IMG/VR virus record: IMGVR_UViG_3300005323_000007 | DNA: 49,491 nt | DNA from: a virus | Direction: 5' to 3' (one strand) | In this document: positions 41,196-49,491 of the stretch, one piece after another | Layout: every line of letters starts with the position of its first letter | Numbering within the stretch: the first letter of the stretch is position 1 | Program-made: the position numbers and the translations under genes | Notes under the pieces: model-generated | Database searches by the model: none | The model's input: the letters and a program-made list of their open reading frames with translations, nothing else | What the model was told of the DNA's origin: nothing

Positions 41196-41582
41196 TCATC
41201 GGTTGATTTTCCATCGCAAAAAGACCTTATTATAAGCCCCCTCATATTTAGGCTTAATCTCATTACCAAAAATAGTGGCATATGGAGTCATGGGATGAAA
41301 ACAGGAATGTTCGTACCCAATCTGAAAATGCTTAAAATTCAATCCGGCTTGAACTCCATATGTCATTTGAAAAGGCATATAATTAACAATAGATGTCGGG
41401 GTAAAATAACAATCCATATTACCTCCAAGATAAAAGCACTGATATTCAGCTTTTGCCTCAAGAGTAGTATAAAGAGCTCCCACATCAACCCAAGCCTTAT
41501 TTTCAGAGCTGTAATTAAAAATACCTCCGGAAACAAAACCAGTCTCCAAGATTGCTGAAAGAATCAACGTTTGGAAAAACAT
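41196..41582 (-). CDS. Small secreted beta-rich protein (possible outer-membrane beta-barrel, moron-like)
   Basis: Hydrophobic N-terminus MFFQTLILSAIL. The remainder has alternating hydrophobic/aromatic strand-like segments. It occupies the position of lambda lom. Confidence 0.3.
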   Translation of the reverse strand: MFFQTLILSAILETGFVSGGIFNYSSENKAWVDVGALYTTLEAKAEYQCFYLGGNMDCYFTPTSIVNYMPFQMTYGVQAGLNFKHFQIGYEHSCFHPMTPYATIFGNEIKPKYEGAYNKVFLRWKINR

Positions 41583-41583
41583 A

Positions 41584-42006
41584 TTACGTCTCCTCTGGCT
41601 CGTTAGGCCAAACTACTGTACCCGGAAATCCTTCCTGCTTTGTAATATCCCGTAAATCCTGAATGTACTGAAGCACTGAAGTTATATCCGTCTCTTTAGT
41701 AGTTATACCCAGACGAGTTTGAGTATCGAAACGCTGAACTCGTTTAATAGCAGAATCAATCCGATAATTACGTTCTGCCCGAACTTGAGCTGCTTGCTCC
41801 TCCTCAGATATAGTATCCTCTGGCCATTGAGATAACTCCATTTCTGGATGGGCTTCTGCATATGTTTTTACTTCGTCGAGTGAATATTTACAACGCTTAA
41901 AGACGTCCCGACTAACGACATTGTATCCAGAATTTTTAGTATTCTTGTCTACCAATACATCATATTCCGTGTCGGAATATTTTATAAAATAACCGAAGTC
42001 AATCAT
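41584..42006 (-). CDS. Tail fiber assembly chaperone-like protein
   Basis: The C-terminal segment LQYIQDLRDITKQEGFPGTVVWPNEP resembles the Tfa-family ending (...WP..P). It has an ATGA overlap with the tip protein. Confidence 0.5.
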   Translation of the reverse strand: MIDFGYFIKYSDTEYDVLVDKNTKNSGYNVVSRDVFKRCKYSLDEVKTYAEAHPEMELSQWPEDTISEEEQAAQVRAERNYRIDSAIKRVQRFDTQTRLGITTKETDITSVLQYIQDLRDITKQEGFPGTVVWPNEPEET

Positions 42007-45000
42007 GCGCTTGTGTCCTCCCAGTAAAGAACCATCCCAGATAAATTACCAGAACCACCCTTATTTATAGTTGCAATGGTAGTACCCCCGGCCTCCACAG
42101 TAGCTGTTGCCGATGCTACGGCTGAATTAATAGCTGCATAATAAGTGCTATTCCACATTATAATATAAAACCATATCCCTCCCGATGGCAGAGTAATAGT
42201 ATAATTTGTATTTGCCGTAGTAACGACAAAAGCCTTAGCTCCAATATTTCCAATTCCGGGGTCGGTTAAAGTAATATTGCTATTTGTTCCTGTTCCCTTT
42301 GATTCAATAGGAGGATGGTCGAAATTGGTATAAGTAACTAGACTTTCATAGGTGATTGCAGAAGAGGTAAAAGAATATAATAGATTATCTATACTATCCT
42401 TTCCACAAACTAAAATAGCATTAAATGAACTATCCTGTAATCTAACTTGATAACGATAACGGGTTATATATACAATAGTTGAGCCGTTATAAGTAAATGT
42501 AGAATCAAAAGCATATCTTCGATTTATAGCCAAACCAGAGAAAAAACTAAAAACGTCTCCCTTGGTATTAGAAGTAGTCCATGCCTTTGAAGATATTGAA
42601 ATTGGTAATGTCGTAGATAATGGGTCGCTTTCAATCGAACCAGAAAAATAGGCGTTCTTTATTATCGCCTCAACAAATTGGGCGCCAAACGATTTTATGA
42701 TCTGGTTCGCCACATCCAATTTAAATCCAGCCGTAGGAAATTCACTGGCATCCTCCGCATAATTATATGATTTCAGATAACCGGATGTTGGAAGAGTTAC
42801 ATTTTGAGCGAATAAATTTTGTATAAACGCTGTCACCGCCCCTAACGCATTGAAAAATGCGTCGAATCCGCCGTAATCTGCCGCAGTTCCATAGCCGTTT
42901 TTCTCTGCCCAGGCGATGTCCGCCAGTGCTGCTGTCATCTTGGCCTGTAGTTCTGTGCTCGACGAGGTTGTGATTCTCACTGGCGTGCCACTATTGCTAT
43001 ACCAGACGCCGCGCTGGATGGGACTGTCGTCGGTGTCGATCACAAGCCACCAGTCGCCGTTATGGTAGCTGGGCGGATGCGCTGCGACAGATCTGCCGAG
43101 ATAGCGGGGGGTATATGTGGTGACAACCGACGTAACGGCATCACTCGTAGCCGTCCAGGCACTCCCAGAATAATAGTACCAGATAGTTGTCGTCGAGTTA
43201 TAATACGTATCGTTCGCGATCATGCCAGAAGTCGGCGCGGTCGTAAGGGAACCATAGGAAATTGAATCAATACGAACATACGAGGCAGCAAGAGCAACGG
43301 TACACCGATAATGAATCGTTGTTCCATAACCAATAGCATTCGCTGAATCGATGAATGTATCATTTATGATTGCATTCGCTTGAGCCAATGCCAATGAACC
43401 CCAACAGGTATTTTTAGTATCAGCTGTGGCTTGAGCTTTCGCGGCAGAATTTTGAGCATTCGAGGCAGCGGTGAGAGTAACGGATACTCCAGTAGGTCTT
43501 GAGATAGATGGCCCTTTTGTGACCTTTGAATTAAATGCGGGTATCGTTCCAGAGTCTGCGGTAAAAATATCTTGAGCGGATTCTACGAGAGTGAGTTTCC
43601 CCGAAAGGTCTGAATTTATGTTCATTCCATAAACAAGACCTTCTATCGTCTCCATCCCCACTTCACCGATAAACATCAAATCGCCCTCGGCGATTGCATC
43701 GTTTACGAATGGAGTCGTAATCTCCAGCATCATCGCATCAAATGGTTTCAAACTGTCGGAAGGGACGAGATTATCCGAAGGATAGAGGCCACGCATCGTA
43801 TTATTTATAAGCGTATAAACGCTTTGACCGTCAGAGGTGCGAATACGAATGGCGTAACTTTTACTCGAATCGAGCGTGATTTTATTATTGCATTGTATTC
43901 CAACAACCTGATCTGAAGAATTTCTCTCGACGAGAACTATTCTTCCATCGGCGAGCCCCTGCCGAGTAGCGAATGACTGGAACCGAACAAGTTCTCCAAG
44001 TCCCACGGCAATACATTCAGCGCTCATGGAAACATCGAATGATTCAGGACGCAACCTTCGGATGGCAAGAAGCCTTCTTCCCCAACAGAATACGGCTTCG
44101 GGGGTTACCTGATAAAGCGCTTCAAGAGTCTCAAACTTTGTCGCAATCGTATAATTTGTATCTGATGTCCTATCGGTGCCCCAGCAATCCCTAAGTACAC
44201 CATCCATCTCAGTGTCATATTTATAACCGTCATCAAGGACTATTCGTTCATCAGAAACATAATCGAGATTTTCATTGACGAATTTTATTCGATAACCATG
44301 AATGACTTCCTTGAATGTTTTATGTTCGGTAAATCCACTTGAATTATGGGGGCCAATATGCTGTTTTATCGTTGTCTGTGGATGGTCATAGACTATTCCA
44401 TAAAGACTGTCTTTGAATGTCAGCATCCCGAAACCGACATTGAGAATATTGTAAAGTTGTGAAGACGCTTTACCACCATCAGTGATAATTCCATCGCATT
44501 TCATTACGTAATCGGTATTCGCCGAATTTGGTTCATTACAGAATGCCGCAAAATTATAGACCGAATCGAGGTCTATCTGTGAAGCCACGCGAGGGCGCGG
44601 AACGCCGTTACTCATTAAAACATGAAGGAAGGCGAGCGCGGGATTCGATGAATTGGCTTCACGAATCGCCGTAAAGCGTGAATCTACGGAATCAAGATAT
44701 GAGTAATCGGCAGAAAGAAGCATATTGACTTTATTCATAACGTTCTGCGTGGCGGTGGAAGCCTTCACCTTTATTGCCATTATCGCTATCTTGTCCCGAT
44801 ACATTTCCGGCATGGTCTCGATCGTAGTCACCGAACGGCATTCCGTCCAATAGACGAGATCGACAATATTCGAATCCTGTGCATCCTTTGTGGCACGAAC
44901 GACCATGACTTCATATTGCCCAAGGATGGTATCGTTTATGTCGGTAAGGGTATTTACCGTCGAAGCGGAATAACGAAGCGTCTCAGCCTTATTATTGCTT

Positions 45001-46271
45001 ATTGTCCCAAAATCATTTTGGAATTCAGTCCAATTCGCGGGAGTCGCACCATCAAGCGTTTTCTGCCGGTAGAATGCTTTGACGAGAACTGAAGCATTAT
45101 TTTTTGAAGATCCGCTATAACGGACAAGTTTTGGAAATGTTATCGTAACGATAATCTGCCGAGTATGTTTTCCGGTGGTATGTACCGCTGATTTATATCC
45201 AATGAGTTGCAGACTTGAAGAACTTTCATTGACAAGATTTCCATCCTGCTGGAAATAAATATAATGTTCATCGACGGCAGTCACTATTTTCTGCCGGTTA
45301 TTCGCGGCATTCGTGAATCCGCTGAACCCTACGCTGTCTCCCACTGCAATACTGATATCCGCATGGTCATTATCAGCATCCGTTAGATTGTTCCATGTGA
45401 TGTCCGAACAATAGGCATATCTTCCTGACGCGCTTATTTGTACCGTATGCCCACTCAGAGATACATTTTTGAATCCAGTAAGTCCTTCCGAGAATGAGCT
45501 TTCTCCCATGCAATAAGGATAAAGGCTGAGTGCGGTTCCATCCTGTCGAATCTCAATTTCGACTCCAGGGACAATACCATCAACGGCGATTGCCCCATTT
45601 TTTACATTCGCTGAATTGGTGGCAATAAGGTTGTCGCCCATCTTGATATTGCTTACTTTTACGGGAGCTATACCAAGTACGAAAGCCATTATCGCATATT
45701 CATCTATACCGTCAGTGCCGCTGATATAGCTATAGGGTGGCGCAAGATATCCAGGGGTATAAAGGTGTGTTCCGAGAGGCAATGGAACCTTGCCGTTTGG
45801 ATTGGAACTGTTGCTTGCGCCGTGAATGGAAGGATGCGTTGTCGTGCCAAGTTCATCCGAATATGGGCCTCCGATTATTCCAGCATCGGTAAGCCCAGCG
45901 ACAATTTGTCCTCCGAGTGCCGTGGCAAACCCAACTGCGATAAGCCATTGAGCGCCAGGGATAATGACTCCCGCGACAATCGCTAAAGCCCCAAGTACTA
46001 CAGAGCCAATAGCTTTTGTGCTGGTAGCTGTTTCACGATTAGTATTAGTATCACTGCTGGTAGGAATAAGCCTGATTATGACTTCATCATCTTTCTGAAT
46101 CTTGTAACCATAATTTTCTTTTGGAATCAATATCCCATTTAAGAAAATATGATAGGTAAGTTCTATTGAAATATTTTTATCGAGAAGTGTATCAATAGGA
46201 GTTCCGTCGGGGACATTGAGTTCCTGACGTTCATGGGTGAATGGGTGCGGGAAATAATAAACGTTAGACAC
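42003..46271 (-). CDS. Tail tip / host-specificity protein (lambda gpI-like N-terminus fused to a gpJ-like body)
   Basis: 1422 aa. The N-terminal about 130 aa comprise a small beta-grasp-like segment plus a Gly/Ala-rich hydrophobic stretch, as in gpI. It follows the M, L and K homolog positions. Confidence 0.65.
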   Translation of the reverse strand: MSNVYYFPHPFTHERQELNVPDGTPIDTLLDKNISIELTYHIFLNGILIPKENYGYKIQKDDEVIIRLIPTSSDTNTNRETATSTKAIGSVVLGALAIVAGVIIPGAQWLIAVGFATALGGQIVAGLTDAGIIGGPYSDELGTTTHPSIHGASNSSNPNGKVPLPLGTHLYTPGYLAPPYSYISGTDGIDEYAIMAFVLGIAPVKVSNIKMGDNLIATNSANVKNGAIAVDGIVPGVEIEIRQDGTALSLYPYCMGESSFSEGLTGFKNVSLSGHTVQISASGRYAYCSDITWNNLTDADNDHADISIAVGDSVGFSGFTNAANNRQKIVTAVDEHYIYFQQDGNLVNESSSSLQLIGYKSAVHTTGKHTRQIIVTITFPKLVRYSGSSKNNASVLVKAFYRQKTLDGATPANWTEFQNDFGTISNNKAETLRYSASTVNTLTDINDTILGQYEVMVVRATKDAQDSNIVDLVYWTECRSVTTIETMPEMYRDKIAIMAIKVKASTATQNVMNKVNMLLSADYSYLDSVDSRFTAIREANSSNPALAFLHVLMSNGVPRPRVASQIDLDSVYNFAAFCNEPNSANTDYVMKCDGIITDGGKASSQLYNILNVGFGMLTFKDSLYGIVYDHPQTTIKQHIGPHNSSGFTEHKTFKEVIHGYRIKFVNENLDYVSDERIVLDDGYKYDTEMDGVLRDCWGTDRTSDTNYTIATKFETLEALYQVTPEAVFCWGRRLLAIRRLRPESFDVSMSAECIAVGLGELVRFQSFATRQGLADGRIVLVERNSSDQVVGIQCNNKITLDSSKSYAIRIRTSDGQSVYTLINNTMRGLYPSDNLVPSDSLKPFDAMMLEITTPFVNDAIAEGDLMFIGEVGMETIEGLVYGMNINSDLSGKLTLVESAQDIFTADSGTIPAFNSKVTKGPSISRPTGVSVTLTAASNAQNSAAKAQATADTKNTCWGSLALAQANAIINDTFIDSANAIGYGTTIHYRCTVALAASYVRIDSISYGSLTTAPTSGMIANDTYYNSTTTIWYYYSGSAWTATSDAVTSVVTTYTPRYLGRSVAAHPPSYHNGDWWLVIDTDDSPIQRGVWYSNSGTPVRITTSSSTELQAKMTAALADIAWAEKNGYGTAADYGGFDAFFNALGAVTAFIQNLFAQNVTLPTSGYLKSYNYAEDASEFPTAGFKLDVANQIIKSFGAQFVEAIIKNAYFSGSIESDPLSTTLPISISSKAWTTSNTKGDVFSFFSGLAINRRYAFDSTFTYNGSTIVYITRYRYQVRLQDSSFNAILVCGKDSIDNLLYSFTSSAITYESLVTYTNFDHPPIESKGTGTNSNITLTDPGIGNIGAKAFVVTTANTNYTITLPSGGIWFYIIMWNSTYYAAINSAVASATATVEAGGTTIATINKGGSGNLSGMVLYWEDTSA

Positions 46272-46650
46272 GATAGAATCCTTCTATTTTAAGCCTAAGT
46301 TGCCGTATCCCGTCCATATTCTCTATAATGGCTCCCGTCGCTTTTGATGTATGCAGAATATCACCATTTCCGATGTAAAGTCCAGTATGGCAGAGTTTCC
46401 CATGAAGACGAATAAGCGCGATATCTCCTGGTTTTGGGATATCTACTCTTTTAGGTTCAATCTCATGCAATCCTGTTTGTACCATATTTTCTGAAGAAGC
46501 ATATTCTGTATCGGGATACCCCGCAAGTGATGGGGCATCCTTGTCGAATTGTTCTTTCAATGCAAGGCGAACTAGCCCCCAGCAATCGCAACCGTTTCTG
46601 TCTCTACCATTATCCTTGAATGGTATGCCGACATATTCGTTGAAATTCAT
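46264..46650 (-). CDS. NlpC/P60-family tail peptidase (gpK-like, without an MPN domain)
   Basis: NGCDCWGLV (catalytic Cys) and KLCHTGLYIGNGDILHTS (His) motifs. Confidence 0.7.
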   Translation of the reverse strand: MNFNEYVGIPFKDNGRDRNGCDCWGLVRLALKEQFDKDAPSLAGYPDTEYASSENMVQTGLHEIEPKRVDIPKPGDIALIRLHGKLCHTGLYIGNGDILHTSKATGAIIENMDGIRQLRLKIEGFYRV

Positions 46651-47120
46651 ATGAATAGCCCTGGAGCCACATTCGGGGTGAGCTCCAAATAAAGCATTTC
46701 ATCGTCGAGACAATCATCAACTTTGAGGGTTGCCTGAATCGCCTGAGAATCGCAATCGATATCAGAAACAATATAACTCATTCCCTTCACTGGATCGAAA
46801 CTCCCATCCTTATAGAAAACAGCCTGAAGGGTAATCGTGATTATACCCTGATAACTTCTTAAAACAGTAATGAGTGCTTCCATATTGGCAATCGTAAGAG
46901 AACCTGTTCCTATGGAATTATTCTGTTCAGTATGCGGAGTCAAGACGAAAGGAATCGCGGTATAGAGTTGGCTGTTATAGGTAAGATCGATAGTGTTGTT
47001 CGTGATATATTGCGTATCATAACCGTCAGCTTCTATCGAAAGCAGTTCGATAAGCGCACCGCTTGTCTGTTGCGAGTAAAGTTCAGCCAATGTTGCAGCG
47101 GAAATAGCCATTATTCCCAA
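46647..47120 (-). CDS. Minor tail protein L-like
   Basis: 157 aa. The pattern ALIELLSIEADG...YTAIPF resembles the gpL/DUF1833 N-terminus, and the position matches. Confidence 0.5.
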   Translation of the reverse strand: MGIMAISAATLAELYSQQTSGALIELLSIEADGYDTQYITNNTIDLTYNSQLYTAIPFVLTPHTEQNNSIGTGSLTIANMEALITVLRSYQGIITITLQAVFYKDGSFDPVKGMSYIVSDIDCDSQAIQATLKVDDCLDDEMLYLELTPNVAPGLFI

Positions 47121-47491
47121 ACCTCCAAAGTAAAACTCACATCATATTCAGGGCCATTCGGAGTTGCCCTCGGCATTGATGATTCAGGATCAAAGCGTGC
47201 TTCATTATAAACCGTCGATTCATCGGAAGATGCATTCCAATCGGGGAAGTAGAAAACTTCGATACCACCTCCCGTCGTTTCGTTGAAAAATGTCTTGAAG
47301 GCAAGATACTGCGTTTTCGTCATATGCATGGAGAGCGATATTTTATATGGAGCGGTCGTTCCTTTGGAACGAATTATTGGAGCTCCTGCATCGGTTTTGA
47401 AGACTATCCTATTGTCGGGGAATTCATCATTGAGACCATCCTGCAAAGGACGCTGAGGAAGTGAAGAAGGCCAATATATTGTCGTACTCAT
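47111..47491 (-). CDS. Minor tail protein M-like (distal tail)
   Basis: 126-aa ORF immediately after the TMP, with a 4-nt overlap. Confidence 0.45.
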   Translation of the reverse strand: MSTTIYWPSSLPQRPLQDGLNDEFPDNRIVFKTDAGAPIIRSKGTTAPYKISLSMHMTKTQYLAFKTFFNETTGGGIEVFYFPDWNASSDESTVYNEARFDPESSMPRATPNGPEYDVSFTLEVWE

Positions 47492-49491
47492 GACCTGTAT
47501 GCTCCATGCACCGTCACGCCGGCGCTTTGCAGTTTTTTGTCTACCATGTCATTCAGCATAAGGATTATCTTTTTATTACCGGCGGCATCGGTCGTCTGAG
47601 TCGTCTTGCTTGATACTGAAGCAGAAGACATATTTTTGACTTCGATACTTACATTGGGAGTTCCAAGACCGACTGCCTTTACGCCAAGACTTCCATCGGA
47701 CGTTTGCGTAACGGGGAAAATACCTTCCTTCTGATAATTTTCCGAGAATATCCCGCCATTTGCGAAGGCAAATACGTGCGGCGTATCATAGATCCCATTT
47801 AGATATTGTCCAAGCGAGGGTGAAGAATAAACGCCACCTTTTGCATTGGTTGTCAATGAAGTACCAGATGAAGAACCTGAACCTTCGAGTAATCCAGAAC
47901 CAAGGCTTCCTGCAAGCCCTAGTCCTACGAGAGTCCATCCTACAGGATCAGTAAAATTAGAGCTGGTCAATAATTGCAATCCAGCCTGTAACTCAAGTTT
48001 TGGAATGAGTTGAGCAATAGACTCAATCATTTCCTTTATCGCGTTTTTGAATGTCCCCGCAGAATTTCCACTATTAGCGAGAGCCTTTCCGACACGTTCA
48101 AGCCCAGTTGCCATACCTTCAATCGCTGTTTGAGCAACATTATCTTTCAATAACTTTTCAAAACTTGTCGCTGTGTCATATTGTTCTTTAAGATTCTGCC
48201 ATTGTTCCTTAAATCCTTCGATGGACATATTATCTTTATTTTTCAAAAGATTTGCTTGCCCAGAGAGCAATTTTTCACGATTGGTGGTCGAGATAAAATT
48301 GGGGTTGAGCGCGTTGGTATATTCCTGCGGGACAACAGCATTCGTGGGAATAGTTCCATTTGCATACGGAGCGTAAATATCTGCCTGTTTTTCATGGAGA
48401 GACTGAGCATATGCTTCAGCGTCAGCATCAGATTTGAATTTTCCAAGATATTCACCAGTCTGCAAATAATAATCCCATGCTTCTTCTTCGGTCATTGTTC
48501 TATTAAGACCAGCTCTGACTCCTGGAACAAGAATATATTTACCTTTATCTTCTGGTGAACGTTCGCCTCCCTTTGCTCTTATATCATCATCAGGCCAAAA
48601 TGTCATTGAATAAACAGTGCTTATTGAACCATCCGCATTATGTACGATTGGTCTATTATTCAAATCAATGTTACCAACTCCATATTCAGATGGTAATGTT
48701 GGTTTTTCAGGATAGACCATTTGTGAAGATTTTAATTTATCTAGTGAGCCTTTTCCGTTTACCGCCTCATAGAGGTCTTGTGCAGTAATTCCAGAAGAAG
48801 GAATCGTTATTGCAGGTGGAGTTATTGCACCAAACAAGGAACCACCGATTCCCGAAGTAAAAGAATATGCGCCAGTAGTTTGGTTTTGGACTCCGGTAGG
48901 CAGGTAAAATCCCATATTGTCGCGTGCATAATTGGGGAAATTCGATAGAATAGAATTAGGCCCATATTCGGAAGGATAGTTCCCTTCAGCCATCATTCTG
49001 CGAAGAATTACGCTTGCGTCATATGAGACTTCTTTCTGGAGAAATTGTACTACATCACTTTGTGCCGTGAATTGTCCTGAAGTAATAAGACTTTCTATTG
49101 CCTTTGAAAAAAGGTCGAGTAATCCAGTATCAGTCTTCCCATTTATTCCCCACATTAAAGATTGCATATTGAATTGTTTTGAAGCCCATTCGGTAATAAT
49201 TTGAACTGCTGTTTTCCCGCTTGTTTGCTCTTCATTAAATCCAGTTATCTGTTGCAAAACTGATAACTGATTCGACGGAACTTTATATGCATCCAATATC
49301 TGTTGAGTTTGCTCCGATATTGTTGGCAATTTTGCCATAAATGAAATTCCGCCCGCTATACCTTTTATCGGTTTATTCGGATACAACTTATTCAGAGCAT
49401 CCGTCACGTCGCTGGGGCCGTATTCATCAGGGATAATAGGTTGAATATAATTATCGAGGATATATTGAGTCTGCTCTTCGGGTGTAAGCAG
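47488..49491 (-). CDS. Tail tape measure protein, C-terminal part (continuation of 2442..1)
   Basis: The track ORF 47488..49407 is the in-window piece. The frame stays open to 49491 and is continuous with 1..2442 through the overlap. The whole gene is about 4323 nt (about 1440 aa). Confidence 0.8.
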   Translation of the reverse strand: MLTPEEQTQYILDNYIQPIIPDEYGPSDVTDALNKLYPNKPIKGIAGGISFMAKLPTISEQTQQILDAYKVPSNQLSVLQQITGFNEEQTSGKTAVQIITEWASKQFNMQSLMWGINGKTDTGLLDLFSKAIESLITSGQFTAQSDVVQFLQKEVSYDASVILRRMMAEGNYPSEYGPNSILSNFPNYARDNMGFYLPTGVQNQTTGAYSFTSGIGGSLFGAITPPAITIPSSGITAQDLYEAVNGKGSLDKLKSSQMVYPEKPTLPSEYGVGNIDLNNRPIVHNADGSISTVYSMTFWPDDDIRAKGGERSPEDKGKYILVPGVRAGLNRTMTEEEAWDYYLQTGEYLGKFKSDADAEAYAQSLHEKQADIYAPYANGTIPTNAVVPQEYTNALNPNFISTTNREKLLSGQANLLKNKDNMSIEGFKEQWQNLKEQYDTATSFEKLLKDNVAQTAIEGMATGLERVGKALANSGNSAGTFKNAIKEMIESIAQLIPKLELQAGLQLLTSSNFTDPVGWTLVGLGLAGSLGSGLLEGSGSSSGTSLTTNAKGGVYSSPSLGQYLNGIYDTPHVFAFANGGIFSENYQKEGIFPVTQTSDGSLGVKAVGLGTPNVSIEVKNMSSASVSSKTTQTTDAAGNKKIILMLNDMVDKKLQSAGVTVHGAYRS
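49369..49491. repeat. Terminal overlap identical to 1..123
   Basis: Identical by direct comparison. Confidence 0.9.

Noticed and set aside
39495-46271. Diversity-generating retroelement targeting the fiber or tip genes
   Set aside because: No reverse transcriptase ORF exists anywhere in the window. I saw no template/variable repeat pair for the C-terminal regions.
1-49491. Stop-codon reassignment (alternative genetic code), suggested by phage-encoded tRNAs
   Set aside because: All large genes (TMP, tip protein, Mre11-Rad50 fusion, primase, terL) are intact under the standard code. Neither tRNA has a stop-reading anticodon.
1-49491. Integrase, excisionase or CI-type lysogeny module
   Set aside because: No tyrosine or serine recombinase motifs and no S24-type repressor were seen in any frame. 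Lifestyle cannot be assigned from this sequence.

Overview
The window is one complete, circularly closed tailed-phage genome. Positions 1..123 are identical to 49369..49491, so the unit length is about 49,368 bp. Head and tail gene order resembles phage lambda, and an overlapped spanin pair points to a Gram-negative host.

There are two arms, diverging at an AT-rich region (about 16.15-16.74 kb) and converging at a terminator (about 37.6 kb).

- **Late arm, minus strand.** It runs 16145 -> 1, wraps to 49491, and continues to 37641. The order is: possible small terminase, leader region with an intrinsic terminator, TerL, portal. Next comes an accessory island (wHTH protein, LexA DNA-binding-domain-only protein, tRNA-Ala, 106-nt structured spacer, tRNA-Gln, small DNA-binding protein, DNA methyltransferase). 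Then protease/scaffold, DUF2190 decoration protein, major capsid, connectors, major tail, and the G/GT frameshift chaperones. The tape measure protein follows and spans the window edge. The arm ends with M-, L- and K-like proteins, an I-J fusion, a Tfa-like protein, a small beta-rich secreted protein, the tail fiber and the lysis cassette.
- **Early/replication arm, plus strand (16738 -> 37579).** Many small, translationally coupled genes, a sliding clamp, a fused Mre11-Rad50-like nuclease/ATPase, SSB, primase/VirE-type helicase, a second methyltransferase, an SF2 helicase and a VRR-NUC nuclease.
- No integrase, CRISPR array or reverse transcriptase was seen.

**Main hunt result.** The early operon carries a set of intercistronic RNA-processing elements, each just upstream of a ribosome-binding site:
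- a textbook type III hammerhead ribozyme (18300..18355);
- a second hammerhead-like copy with a 1-nt core insertion (19661..19711);
- a tRNA-like acceptor/T-arm minihelix (18665..18710).

Separately, the spacer between the two late-arm tRNAs is capable of forming a pseudoknot.

**Other notable points:**
- two methyltransferase paralogs with conserved ends and a swapped middle region;
- a LexA N-terminal-domain-only protein;
- two operator-like palindrome families;
- an intrinsic terminator directly upstream of terL;
- perfect internal repeats in the tape measure gene.
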